Below are positions 10,423 through 24,284 of a DNA stretch of 64,000 bases, piece after piece. Position numbers and translations under genes: made by a program. The stretch comes from Balanoglossus misakiensis. Its lineage: Eukaryota > Animalia > Hemichordata. The stretch covers positions 9,929,200 to 9,993,199 of the forward strand of contig CM082593.2 of NCBI GenBank assembly GCA_040954595.2, given 5' to 3'. The notes under the pieces are model-generated. The model had not been told where the DNA came from. It worked only from the letters and a program-made list of their open reading frames with translations, and did no database searches. The stretch's first letter is position 1. Each line of letters opens with the position of its first letter.

Positions 10423-12326
10423 TAGCTCGGCTGTCACTTGTATCAGCTGAGCTGTAGCAGTAGGTTGATTAGTGTCCGTCCATCGTCCGTCGTCTGTCGT
10501 CCGTCGTCCGTCGTCCATCAACTTTTGGTATTTCAATCTTCTTCTTTAAAACAACTTGGCATATTTAGCTGAAATTTGGTTGGAATGTGTGTTATGGTGC
10601 CCTTCACTGATTTTGTTAATTTGGACTTGGTGGGGTCATGAATATGCAAATTAGATCTAAAAATAGAATTTTTGGTAAAAAACTTCTTCTCCACAACTAC
10701 ATGTACAATGGAGCTGAAATTTGGTAGGAATGTGTGTTATGGGGCCCCTACCTGATTTTGTAAATTTGGATTTGATGGGGTCATTAATATGCAAATTAGA
10801 TCTAAAAATAGAATTTTTGGTAAACATCTTCTTCTCCACAACTACATGTACAATGGAGCTGAAATTTGGTAGGAATGTGTGTTATGGGGCCCCTACCTGA
10901 TTTTGTAAATTTGGATTTGATGGGATCATTAATATGCAAATTAGATCTAAAAATAGAATTTTTGGTAAAAAATATTTTTCTCCATAACTACATGTACGAT
11001 AGAGCTGAAATTTGGTAGGAATGTGTGTTATGGTGTCCCTACCTGATTTTGTTAATTTGGATTTGATGGGGTCATCAATATGCAAATTAGATCTAAAAAT
11101 AGAATTTTATGGGGTCAAAAAAATTTGCCCAAATTTTTGGTGACCTCAGATGACCTTTGACCTACTTTCCTATATCTCGGCATACAGCGCAGGTACAGAC
11201 TTGGCGTTTTGAGGGTTGGGGCTAAAATTTAAAAGCCGAAATGGGGGTCACCTGTGACACCTGCATATCTCATTAATTATGCACATACCTAATTCTAGGC
11301 TAACCAATAGGGCTATAGGTTTTGTTTTTGTTGAACATGGACAAGTATGGGGTCAAAATTTCTTGCCCAAATTTTTGGTGACCTTAGGTGACCTTTGACC
11401 TACTTTACCATATCTCTGTATCCAGAGCAGGTACAGCCTTGGTATTTAGAAGGATGGAACTCCTAATGGAGTCTTACACTTTACCTCATTAATTATGTGC
11501 ATACCTAATTCTAGGCGAACCAATAAGGCTAGAGGTCTGGTTTTTGTTGGACCTGGATTAGTAAGGGTCAAAATTTCTTGCCCAAATTTTGGGTGACCTT
11601 AGGTGACCTTTGACCTACTTTACCATATCTTGGTATCCAGAGCAGGTACAGCCTTGGTATTTGGAGGGATGGAACTCCTAATGGAGTCTTACACTTTACC
11701 TCATTAATTATGTGCATACCTAATTCTAGGCGAACCAATAAGGCTAGAGGTCTGGTTTTTGTTGGACCTGGATAAGTATAGGGTCAAAATTTCTTGCCCA
11801 AATTTTGGTGACCTTTGACATTCTTCTGCATAACTCGGCACCCAGAGTAGGTACAGTACGGATGGGACCAAAATAAGAAACCAAATTTAAAGGTCACCTG
11901 TGACACCTACTTAACTCATTAATTATGAGCATACCTAATTCCAGGCTAACTAATAGGGGTTGAGGTTTCGTTCTTGTGGGACATGGACCAGTATAGGGTC
12001 AAAATTATTACCCAAATTTCTGGTGACCTCACATGACCTTTGATGTAAATATGACGGAAATGCGAAATACTACATAAATTAAAAGTCTGCTGACTTTATA
12101 TTTGGTAAGAATAAGCACACACCTGTAATGATTACCGCTATGTGCTATGTGCAATGTTGGCTTGTGCCCGCTATTGCTGCTTGGCAGCTATATTGATGTC
12201 TATGTTTGGTTTTGTTTAATAGAATACAATTGTTATAAATTAAAACCTATGGTATTCTGTATTCATATCATTGCCCAGGTTACACTGTTAAAGTCAGCAG
12301 AGCTCTTTTGACCAATAGGTCACTTG
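10423..12326 (+). mobile_element. Non-autonomous Helentron/DINE-like element (family B) with internal tandem repeats
   Basis: Inserted in a T-run with no TSD. 5' hairpin agctcggctg…cagctgagct, (CGTC)n microsatellite, 3' GAGCT sub-terminal inverted repeat, tgacc-aata-ggtca hairpin, then T-run. Internal ~145-bp repeat x~3.7 (10563-11108) and ~180-240-bp repeats (11110-12045). Confidence 0.8.
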
Positions 12327-14710
12327 TTTTTATTTTTGGATGATTTTCAAGAGCTCAAACCCATGATTTTTTTCCCAATAATGTGAAGAGATGTTGAACT
12401 TTCGCAAAGTCTAAAAATAATCATTTTTGGACGATTTTCAGGACCTATAACCAATGACTTTTTTCAAAAATGTGAAGAAAATTTGATCTTTCGCAATGTG
12501 GAAAAATTGTTATTTTTGGATGATTTTCATTAGCTATAACCCATGATTTTTTTCAAAAAAGGGAAGAAATTTTGAACTTTCGCAAAGTCGAATATATTTT
12601 ATTTTTGGACGATTTTCATGAGCTGTAACTCATGATTTTTTTCAAAAAATGAAGAAATTTTGAACTTTCGCAATGTGGAAAAATTGTATTTTTTTGATGA
12701 TTTTCATAAGCTATAACGCATGATTTTTTTCAAAAATGTGAAGAAATTTTGAAATTTCGCTTAGTCGAAAAATTGTCATTTTTGGACGATTTTCATGAGC
12801 TGTAACTCATGATTTTTTTCAAAAAATGAAGAAATTTTGAACTTTCGCAATGTGTAAAAATTGTATCTTTTGATGATTTTCATAAGCTATAACCCATGAT
12901 TTTTTTCAAAAAGTGAAGAAATTTTGAAATTTCGCAAAGTCTAAAAATAGTCATTTTTGAACGATTTTCTGGACCTATAACCCATTATTTTCTTCAAAAA
13001 ATGAAGAAATTTTGAAATTTCGCAAAGTCGAAAAAATTGTTATGTTTGGGTGATTTTCATGACCCATGATTTTTTTCAAAAAATGAAGAAATTTTGAACT
13101 TTCGCAATGTGGAAAAATTGTCATTTTTGGATGATTTTCATTAGCTATAACCCATGATTTTTTTTCAAAAAAGGGAAGAAATTTTGAAGTTTCGCAAAGT
13201 CGAAATTTTTTTATTTTTGGACGATTTTCATGATTTTTTTCAAAAAATTAAGAAATTTTGAAATTTCGCAAAGTTGAAAAATTGTATTTTTGAGATGATT
13301 TTCATAAGCTATAACGCATGATTTTTTTCAAAAATGTAAAGAAATTTTGAAATTTTGCAAAGTCGAAAAATTGTCATTTTTGGACGATTTTCATGAGCTG
13401 TAACTCATGATTTTTTTCAAAAAATGAAGAAATTTTGAACTTTCGCAATGTGGAAACATTGTATTTTTTTGATGATTTTCATAAGCTATAAAGCATGATT
13501 TTTTTCAAAAATGTGAAAAAATTTTGAAATTTCGCAAAGTCGAAAAATTGTCATTTTTGTACGATTTTCATGAGCTGTAACTCATGATTTTTTTCAAAAA
13601 ATGAAGAAATTTTGAACTTTCGCAATGTGGAAAAATTGTATTTTTTGGATGATTTTCATAAGCTATAACGCATGATTTTTTTCAAAAATGTGAAAAAATT
13701 TTGAAATTTCGCAAAGTCGAAAAATTGTCATTTTTGGACGATTTTCATGAGCTGTAACTCATGATTTTTTTCAAAAAATGAAGAAATTTTGAACTTTCGC
13801 AATGAGGAAAAATTGTACCTTTTGATGATTTTCATAAGCTATAACCCATAATTTTTTTCAAAAAGTGAAGAAATTTTGAAATTTCGCAAAGTCGAAAAAA
13901 TTGTTATGTTTGGGTGATTTTCATGACCCATGATTTTTTTCAAAAAATGAAGAAATTTTGAACTTTCGCAATGTGGAAAAATTGTCATTTTTGGATGATT
14001 TTCATGAGCTATAACGCATGATTTTTTTCTTCAAAAATGTGAAAAAATGTTGAACGTTCGCAATGTTGAAAAATTGTCATTTTGGGATGATGTTCATGGG
14101 CTATAACCCTTGATTTTTTTTCTTCAAAAATGTAAAGAAAATTTGAACTTTCGCAATGTGGAAAAATTGTCATTTTTGGATGATTTTCATTAGCTATAAC
14201 CCATGATTTTTTTTCAAAAAAGTGAAGAAATTTTGAACTTTCGCAAAGTCTAAAAATAGTCATTTTTGGACTATTTTCAGGACCTATAACCCATGATTTT
14301 CTTCAGAAAATGATGAAATTTTGAAATTTCGCATAGTCGAATTTTTTTTTTATTTTAGGTGATATTAATGACCCATGATTTTTTCAAAAAAGTGAAGAAA
14401 TGTTGAAATTTCGCAAAGTCGAAAAATTGTCATTTTTGCATAATGTTCATGAGCTATAACCCATGATTTTTTTCTTTTGAAATTTCGCAAAGTAACTCAT
14501 GATTTTTTCAAAAAATGAAGAAATTTTGAACTTTCGCAAAGACGAAAAATTGTCATTTTTAAATGATTTTCATGAGCTATAACGCATGATTTTTTTCTTC
14601 AAAAATGTGAAAAAAGATTGAACTTTCGCAAAGTCGAAAAATACACATTTTTGGACAATTTTCATGAGCTGTAGCCCAAGAAATTTCGAACTTTCGCAAA
14701 GTCGATTTTT

Positions 14711-15981
14711 TAGGTCCCATTGGTATAGGCCTATATACCATGGGACCTTATGGGATGGGTTGCGTCTGTGTGTATGTATGGATGGATGGATGTATGTATG
14801 GATGTATGTCTGTATGTCCGTCCACATCAAAAACTTAAAAACCGCTGCGCGTATCACCTCAATATGTGGTGTGTAGGTGCAGGCAGGGCTGTAGATGGGA
14901 GTTTGTCCAAACGAAGTTGCCAGGCCCAAAAATATGCAAATTAGCTGGAAAAATGTGAAATTTATCAAAACTCTGTAAGTCAACAACTACTCGTCAGATT
15001 GCTTTAAAAATTGGTATGCATGTACTTTATGTCAACCTCACATCGACCTGTAAGTGTTAAGTTGATATCATGGATGTTTTATTTTTTATGAATTTTTTAG
15101 TATTTTTATTAAATTTATACCTTTACTTATACCTCTATGGTTAAGCTATGTCCACGTCTTATTTTGGAATTCTGGTCTGTGCAATAGTCCTGTACAGTGA
15201 CTGTCTATTGGTCAGTAAGCACAATGGGGCCAAAATAAAAGGCAAATTTTTGGGCTCACCTGTAACACCTGCTTAACACATTAATTATGTGCATACCTAA
15301 TTCCGGGCTAACTAACAGGGCTAGAGGTTTCGTTCTAGTGGGACATGGACCAGTATAGGGTCAAAATTTCTTGCCAAAATTTTGGGTGACCTCAGGTGAC
15401 CTTTGACCTACTTTCCAATATCTCGGCATCCAGAGCAGGTACAGACTTGGCGTTTGGAGGGTTGGGACTAAAATTGAAAAGCCAAAATTGGGGGTCACCT
15501 GTGACACCTGCATATCTCATTAATTATGTGCATACCTAATTCCAGGCTAACCAATAAGGCTATAGGTTTGGTTTTTGTTGAACATGGACCAGTAAAGGAT
15601 CAAAATTTCTTGCCCAAATTTTGCATGACCTCAGGTGACCTTTGACCTACTTTATCATATCTTGGCATCCAGAGCAGGTACAGACTTGGCGTTTGGAGGG
15701 TTGGGACTAAAATTGAAAAGCCAAAATTGGGGGTCACCTGTGACACCTGCATATCTCATTAATTATGTGCATACCTAATTCCAGGCTAACCAATAAGGCT
15801 ATAGGTTTGGTTTTTGTTGAACATGGACCAGTAAAGGGTCAACATTTCTTGCCCAAATTTTGCATGACCTCAGGTGACCTTTGACCTACTTTTCCATATC
15901 TTGGCATCCATAGCAGATATGCTTATTGCTATGTTGCTATGTGCTATGTCCTTAAATGGGACCACAGTGTCCTTGACGCTA
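14711..15981 (+). mobile_element. Non-autonomous Helentron/DINE-like element (family A, copy 1)
   Basis: 5' hairpin ggtcccattggtata-ggcc-tatataccatgggacc, (GGAT/GTAT)n microsatellite, ~3 internal 239-bp repeats, 3' atgggacc sub-TIR plus agtgtc-ctt-gacgct hairpin, flanked by T-runs. Confidence 0.85.
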
Positions 15982-17163
15982 TTTTTTTAATTTTTGGATG
16001 ATTTTCAAGAGCTCAAACCCATGATTTTTTTCCCAATAATGTGAAGAGATGTTGAACTTTCGCAAAGTCTAAAAGTAGTCATTTTTGGACGATTTTCAGG
16101 ACCTATAACCCATTATTTTCTTCAAAAAATGAAGAAATTTTGAACTTTCGCAAAGACGAAAAATTGTCATTTTTGGATGATTTTCATGAGCTATAACGCA
16201 TGATTTTTTTCTTCAAAAATGTGAAAAAATGTTGAACGTTCGCAATGTTGAAAAATTGTCATTTTGGGATGATGTTCATGGGCTATAACCCTTGATTTTT
16301 TTTCTTCAAAAATGTGAAGAAATTTTGAACTTTCGCAAAGATGAAAAATTGTCATTTTTGGATGATTTTCATGATCTATGACGCATGATTTTTTCCTTAA
16401 AAAATGTGAAGAAATTTTGAACTTTCGCAATGTGGAAAAATTGTCATTTTTGGATGATTTTCATGATCTATAACCCATGATTTTTTTCTTCAAAACTGTG
16501 AAGAAATTTTGAACTTTCGCATAATCGAAAAATACTCTTTTTTGGGTGATTTTCATGAGCTGTTACTCATGATTTTTTCAAAAATGAAGAAATTTTGAAC
16601 TTTCGCAAAGACGAAAAATTGTCATTTTCTGGATGATTTTCATGAGCTATAACGCATGATTTTTTTCTTCAAAAATGTAAAGAAAATTTGAACTTTCGCA
16701 ATATGAAAAAATTGTCATTTATTGATGATTTGCATTAGCTATAACCCATGATTTTCTTCAAAAATTTGAAGAAAATTTGATAATTCGCAATGTGGAAAAA
16801 TTGTCATTTATGGATGATTTTCATTAGCTATAACCCATGATTTTTTTCAAAAAAGGGAAGAAATTTTGAACTTTCGCAAAGTCGAACATTTTTCATTTTC
16901 GGACGATTTTCATTAGCTGTAACTCATGATTTTTTTCAAAAAATTAAGAAATTTTGAAATTTCGCAAAGTTGAAAAATTGTATTTTTGAGATGATTTTCA
17001 TAAGCTATAACGCATGATTTTTTTCAAAAATGTGAAGAAATTTTGAAATTTCGCAGAGTCGAAAAATTGTCATTTTTAGACGATTTTCATGAGCTGTAAC
17101 TCATGATTTTTTTCAAAAAATGAAGAAATTTTGAACTTTCGCAATGTGGAAAAATTGTATTTT

Positions 17164-18677
17164 TAGGTCCCATTGGTATAGGCCTATATACCATGGGACC
17201 TTATGGGATGGGTTGCGTCTGTGTGTATGTATGGATGGATGGATGGATGTATGTATGGATGTATGTCTGAATGTCCGTCCACATCAAAAACTTGAAAACC
17301 GCTGCGCGTATCACCTCAATATTTGGTGTGTAGGTGCAGGCAGGGCTGTAGATGGGAGTTTGTCCAAACGAAGTTGCCAGGCCCAAAAATATGCAAATTA
17401 GCTGGAAAAATGTGAAATTTATCAAAACTCTGTAAGTCAACAACTACTCGTCAGATTGCTTTAAAAATTGGTATGCATGTACCTTATGTCAACCTCACAT
17501 CGACCTGTAAGTGTTAAGTTGATATCATGGATGTTTTATTTTTTATGAATTTTTTAATATTTTTATTAAATTTATACCTTTACTTATACCTCTATGGTTA
17601 AGCTATGTCCACGTCTTATTTTGGAATTCTGGTCTGTGCAATAGTCCTGTACAGTGACTGTCTATTGGTCAGTGAGCACAATGGGGCCAAAATAAAAGGC
17701 AAATTTTTGGGCTCACCTGTAACACCTGCTTAACACATTAATTATGTGCATACCTAATTCCGGGCTAACTAACAGGGCTAGAGGTTTCGTTCTTGTGGGA
17801 CATGGACCAGTATAGGGTCAAAATTTCTTGACCAAATTTTGGGTGACCTCAGGTGACCTTTGACCTACTTTCCTATATCTCGGCATCCAGAGCAGGTACA
17901 GACTTGGCGTTTGGAGGGTTGGGACTAAAATTGAAAAGCCATAATTGGGGGTCACCTGTGACACCTGCATATCTCATTAATTATGTGCATACCTAATTCC
18001 AGGCTAACCAATAAGGCTATAGGTTTGGTTTTTGTTGAACATGGACCAGTAAAGGATCAAAATTTCTTGCCCAAATTTTGCATGACCTCAGGTGACCTTT
18101 GACCTACTTTACCATATTTTGGCATCCAGAGCAGGTACAGACTTCGCGTTTGGAGGGTTGGCACTAAATTTGAAAAGCCAAAATTGGGGGTCACCTGTGA
18201 CACCTGCATATCTCATTAATTATGTGCATACCTAATTCCAGGCTAACCAATAAGGCTATAGGTTTGGTTTTTATTGAACATGGACCAGTATAAGGTCAAC
18301 ATTTCTTGCCCAAATTTTGCATGACCTCAGGTGACCTTTGACCTACTTTATCATATCTTGGCATCCAGAGCAGGTACAGACTTGGCGTTTGGAGGGTTGG
18401 GACTAAAATTGAAAAGCCAAAATTGGGGGTCATCTGTGACACCTGCATATCTCATTAATTATGTGCATACCTAATTCCAGGCTAACCAATAGGGCTATAG
18501 GTTTGGTTTTTGTTGAACATGGACCAGTATAGGGTCAAAATTTCTTGCCCAAATTTTGCATGTCCTCAGGTGACCTTTGACCTACTTGTCTATATCTTGG
18601 CATCCATAGCAGATATGCTTATTGCTATGTTGCTATGTGCTATGTCCTCAAATGGGACCACAGTGTCCTTGACGCTA
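17164..18677 (+). mobile_element. Non-autonomous Helentron/DINE-like element (family A, copy 2)
   Basis: Near-identical to 14711-15981 but 243 bp longer (one extra 239-bp unit and one extra GGAT), with different satellite flanks. Confidence 0.85.
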
Positions 18678-21600
18678 TTTTTTGATGATTTTCATAAGCT
18701 ATAACGCATGATTTTTTTCAAAAATGTGAAGAAATTTTGAAATTTCGCAAAGTCGAAAAATTGTCATTTCTGGACGATTTTCATGAGCTGTAACTCATGA
18801 TTTTTTTCAAAAAATGAAGAAATTTTGAACTTTCGCAATGTGGAAAAATTTTATTTTTTTGATCATTTTCATAAGCTATAACGCATGATTTTTTTCAAAA
18901 ATGTGAAGAAATTTTGAAATTTCGCAAAGTCTAAAAATAGTCATTTTTGAACGATTTTCTGGACCTATAACCCATTATTTTCTTCAAATAATGAAGAAAT
19001 TTTGAAATTTCGCAAAGTCGAAAAAATTGTTATGTTTGGGTGATTTTCATGACCCATGATTTTTTTCAAAAAATGAAGAAATTTTGAACTTTCGCTACGT
19101 GGAAAAATTGTCATTTTTGGATGATTTTTCATGAGCTATAACGCATGATTTTTTTCTTCAAAAATGTGAAAAAATTTTGAACGTTCGCAATGTTGAAAAA
19201 TTTTCATTTTGGGATGATGTTCATGGGCAATAACCCTTGATTTTTTTTCTTCAAAAATGTGAAGAAATTTTGAACTTTCGCAAAGATGAAAAATTGTCAT
19301 TTTTGGATGATTTTCATGATCTATAACGCATGATTTTTTTCTTCAAAAATGTGAAGAAATTTTGAACTTTCGCAATGTGGAAAAATTGTCATATTTGGAT
19401 GATTTTCATGAGCTATTACCCATGATTTTTTTTCTTCAAAACTGTGAAGAAATGTTGAACTTTCGCAAAGTCAAAAAATACTCCTTTTTGGATGGTTTTC
19501 ATGATCCATGATTTTTTTTTAAAAAATGAAGAAATTTTGAACTTTCGCAATGTGGAAAAATTGTCATTTTTGGATGATTTTCATAATCCATGATTTTTTT
19601 CAAACAATGAACAAATTTTGAACTTTCGCAATGTGGAAAAATTGTCATTTTTGGATGATTTTCATTAGCTATAACCCATGATTTTTTTCCAAAAAATGAA
19701 GAAATTTTGAACTTTCAAAAAGTCAAAAAATTGTAATTTTTTGATGGTCTTCATGAGCTCTAACCCATGATTTTTTTCAAGAAAACGAAGAAATTTTGAA
19801 CTTTCGCAAAGTCGAAAAGTTTTTATTTTTTGATGATTTTCAAGAGCCAAAACCCATGATTTTTTTTCCAAAAATGTGAAGAGATGTTGAACTTGTGCAA
19901 AGTCGAAATTTTGTCATTTTGGACGATTTTCATGACCCATTATTTTTTTTTCAAAAAAGTAAAGAAATTTTGAACTTTCGCAAAGTCTAAAAATAGTCAT
20001 TTTTGAACGATTTTCTGGACCTATAACCCATTATTTTCTTCAAAAAATGAAGAAATTTTGAAATTCGCAAAGTCGAAAAAATTGTTACGTTTGAGTGATT
20101 TTCATGACCCATGATTTTTTTCAAAAAATGAAGAAATTTTGAACGTTCGCAATGTTGAAAAATTGTCATTTTGGGATGATGTTCATGGGCTATAACCCTT
20201 GATTTTTTTTCTTCAAAAATGTGAAGAAATTTTGAACTTTCGCAAAGATGAAAAATTGTCATTTTTGGATGATTTTCATGATCTATAACGCATGATTTTT
20301 TTTAAAAAATGAAGAAATTTTGAAATTTCACGAAGTCGAAAAATTATAATTTTTTGATGGTTTTCATGAGCTGTAACGCATGATTTTTTTCAAAAAATGA
20401 AGAAATTTTGAAATTTCGCAAAGCCGAAAAATTGTCATTTTTGGATGGTTTTCATGATCCATGATTTTTTTCAAAAAATGAAGAAATTTTGAACTTTCGC
20501 CATGTGGAAAAATTGTCATTTTTGGATGATTTTCATTAGCTATAACCCATGATTTTTTTCCAAAAAATGAAGAAATTTTGAACTTTCAAAAAGTCAAAAA
20601 ATGTAATTTTTTGATGGTCTTCATGAGCTGTAACCCATGATTTTTTTCAAGAAAACGAAGAAATTTTGAACTTTCGCAACGTCGATAAGTTTTTATTTTT
20701 TGATGATTTTCAAGAGCCAAAACCCACGATTTTTTTTCCAAAAATGTGAAGAGATGTTGAACTTGTGCAAAGTCGAAATTTTGTCATTTTGGACAATTTT
20801 CATGACCCATGATTTTTTTCAAAAAATGAAGAAATTTTGAACTTTCGCAATGTGGACAAATTGTCATTTTTGGATGATTTTCATGAGCTATAACGCATGA
20901 TTTTTTTCTTAAAAAATGTGAAAAAATGTTGAACGTTCGCAATGTTGAAAAATTGTCATTTTGGGATGATGTTCATGGGCTATAACCCTTGATTTTATTT
21001 CTTCAAAAATGTGAAGAAATGTTGAACTTTCGCAAAGATGAAAAATTGTCATTTTTGGATGATTTTCATGATCTATAACGCATGATTTTTTTCTTCAAAA
21101 ATGTGAAGAAATTTTGAACTTTCGCAATGTGGAAAAATTGTAATTTTTGATTGATTTTCATGAGCTATAACGCATGATTTTTTTCTTTAAAAATGTAAAG
21201 AAAATTTGAACTTTCTCAATGTGGAAAAATTGTCATTTTTGGATGATTTGCATTTTCTATATCCCATGATTTTCTTCAAAATGTGAAGAAAATTTGATCT
21301 TTCGCAATGTGGAAAAATTGTCATTTTTGGATGATTTTCATGAGCTATAACGCATGATTTTTTTCTTCAAAAATGTAAAGAAAATTTGAACTTTCGCAAT
21401 GTGGAAAAATTGTCATTTTCGGATGATTTTCATTAGCTATAACCCATGATTTTTTTCAAAAAAGGGAAGAAATTTTGAAATTTCGCAAAGTCGAAAAATT
21501 GTCATTTTTGGACGATTTTCATGAGCTGTAACTCATGATTTTTTTCAAAAAATTATGAAATTTTGAACTTTCGCAATGTGGAAAAATTGTAATTTTTGAT

Positions 21601-22530
21601 TGATTTTCATGAGCTATAACGCATGATTTTTTTCTTCAAAAATGTGAAAAAATGTTGAACGTTCGCAATGTTGAAAAATTGTCATTTTGGGATGATGTTC
21701 ATGGGCTATAACCCTTGATTTTTTTTCTTCAAAAATGTGAAGAAATATTGAACTTTCGCAAATATGAAAAATTGTCATTTTTGGATGATTTTCATGATCT
21801 ATAACGCATGGTATTTTTCTTCAAAAATGTGAAGAAATTTTGAACTTACGCAATGTGGAAAAATTGTCATTTTTGGATGATTTTCATGAGCTATAACCCA
21901 TGATTTTTTTCTTCAAAACTGTGAAGAAATGTTGAACTTTCGCAAAGTCAAAAAATACTCCTTTTTGGGTGATTTTCATGATCTGTTACTCATGATTTTT
22001 TTTAAAAAATGAAGAAATTTCGCAAAGTCGAAAAATTGTAATGTTTTGATGGTTTTCATGAGCTGTAACGCATGATTTTTTTCAAAAAATGAAGAAATTT
22101 TGAAATTTCGCAAAGTCGAAACAATTGTTATTTTTGGGTGATTTTCATGACCCATGATTTTTTTCAAAAATGTGAAGATATTTTGAACTTTCGCAAAGTC
22201 TAAAAATAGTCATTTTTGGACGATTTTCAGGACCTATAACCCATGATTTTCTTCAAAAAATGAAGAAATTTTGAAATTTTGCAAAGTCGAAAAATTGTTA
22301 TTTTGGGGTGATTTTTATGACCCATGATTTTTAAAAATTTTCATTTTTGGATGATTTTCATGAGCTATAACGCATGATTTTTTTCTTCAAAAATGTGAAG
22401 AAATTTTGAACTTTCGCAATGTGGAAAAATTGTAATTTTTGGATTATTTTCATGAGCTATAACCCATGATTTTTTTCAAAAAAGCGAAGAAATTGTGAAC
22501 TTTCGCAAAGTCGAAAAATTCTCATTTTTG

Positions 22531-24284
22531 GAATACGGAGTGCTGAGCAGAGAGAAAGATAAACTCGCTCAAACCGTCTCTTTCTGTCCGCATGACCAAC
22601 CAAGGAGCGAAAAAGTCATTATTTAGGTCGTAATAAAACGTTTTTGTCGCCGAGGGTTGAATAAAAAACGGTCAGATCATTGCGGGGGAAGGGAACTCTT
22701 ATTCGCACCGCTGCGGTGCAGGGAACTCCTATTCGCACCGCTGCGGTGCAGGGAACTCCTATTCGCACCGATGTGGTGCAAATAAGATCATTGGAATTAT
22801 GCTGCAATAGAGTGCGGAAATTTCCGACTTTTTCGAGTACGCATCATGATGGCGAAGGGTTCAGGAAAGCTAGCCATTTACCTGAAGGTGTCAACTGATG
22901 TTGGTTCGAGACCAATTTTTTTCTATTTCTTTTTTTTTTGTGAGAACTTTTAACGACATCATCATTGTAATTTTTTTCATTTTCATCAATCCAATTCATT
23001 TAAATATCTACGCTGCGTTTTTTATTTCTGTTGGGTATAAGAAACATGTAGGGAAACTTGGTCATTTTTTGTCGCGGTTCACTTGGGCAAGTCCGAATAC
23101 GGAGTGCTCAGGAGAAAGAATGATAAACTCGCTAAAACCGTGTCTTTCCGTCCGCATAACCAACCAAGGAGCGAAAAAGTCGTTTAGGCCGTAATAAGAC
23201 GTTTTTGTCGCCGAGGGGTGAATAAAGAACGGTCAGATCGTTGCGGTGCAGGGAACTCTTATTCGCACCGTTGCGGTGCAGGGAACTCTTACTTGCACCG
23301 CCACGGTGCAAATAAGATCATTGGAGTTATGATGCAATATAGTGCGGAAAATTTCCGACTTTTTCAAGAACACATCTTGATGGCGAAGGGTTCAGGAAGG
23401 CTAGCCTTTTACCTGAAGGTGTCAACTGATGTTGGTTCGAGACCAATTTTTTTCTATTTCTTTTTTTTTGTGAGAACTTTTAACGACATCATCATTGTAA
23501 TTTTTTTCATTTTCATCAATCCAATTCATTTAAATATCTACGCTGCGTTTTTTTATTTCTGTTGGGTATAAGAAACATGCAGGGAAACTTGGTCATTTTT
23601 TGTCGCGGTTCACTTGAACAAGTCTGAATACGGAGTGCTCAGCAGAGAGAAATATAAACTCGCTAAAATCGTGTCTTTCCGTCCGCATGACCAACCAAGG
23701 AGCGAAAAAGTCGTTATTTAGGCCGTAAGAAAATGTTTTTGTCGCCGAGGGGTGAATAAAGAACGGTCAGATCGTTGCGGTGCAGGGAACTCTTATTCGC
23801 ACCGCCACTGTGCAGGGAACTCTTATTCGCACCGCTGCGGTGCAAATAAGATCATTTGAGTTATTCTGCAATATAGTGCGGAAAATTTCCGACTTTTTCG
23901 AGTACGCATCATGATGGCGAACGGTTCACAAAGGCTACCCTTTTACCTGAAGGTGTCAACTGATGTTGGTTCGAGACCACATTTTTTGCTATTTCGTTTT
24001 TTTGTGAGAACTTTTAACGCCATCATCCGCATAACCACCCAAGTAGCGAAAAAGTTGTTATTTGGGCCGTAATAAAACGTTTTTGTCGCCGAGGAGTGAA
24101 TAAAGAACGGTCAGATCGTTGCGGTGCAGGGAACTCTTATTCGCACCGTTGCGGTGCAGGTAACTCCTATTCGCACCGCTGTGAGAACTTTTAACGACAT
24201 TATCATTGTAATTTTTATCATTTTCATAAATCCAATTCATTTCAATATCTACGCTGCGTTTTTTATCTGTCGTGTATAAGAAAC
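22531..24284. repeat. ~530-560-bp tandem repeat containing 30-bp palindromic sub-repeats
   Basis: Units start gaatacggagtgct at 22531, 23095 and 23626, followed by two partial units. Each carries 2-3 copies of gcggtgcagggaactc(c/t)tattcgcaccgc at 30-bp period (22691, 22721, 22751). Confidence 0.9.

Larger units (their letters stand above)
6404..22530. repeat. AT-rich satellite array, ~88-bp monomer (variants ~75-91 bp), with higher-order block duplications and four TE insertions
   Basis: Consensus gaagaaattttgaactttcgcaaagtcgaaaaattgtcatttttggatgattttcatgagctataacccatgatttttttcaaaaaat repeated continuously; measured period 88 bp at 9661/9749. Confidence 0.97.

Noticed and set aside
14009-22167. 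Short ORFs such as MTIFRLCESSKFLHF…
   Set aside because: Chance translations of the satellite and HINE microsatellites.
22681-24180. CRISPR-like array of 30-bp palindromic repeats
   Set aside because: Repeats are contiguous with no unique spacers, no cas genes are present, and the context is eukaryotic.
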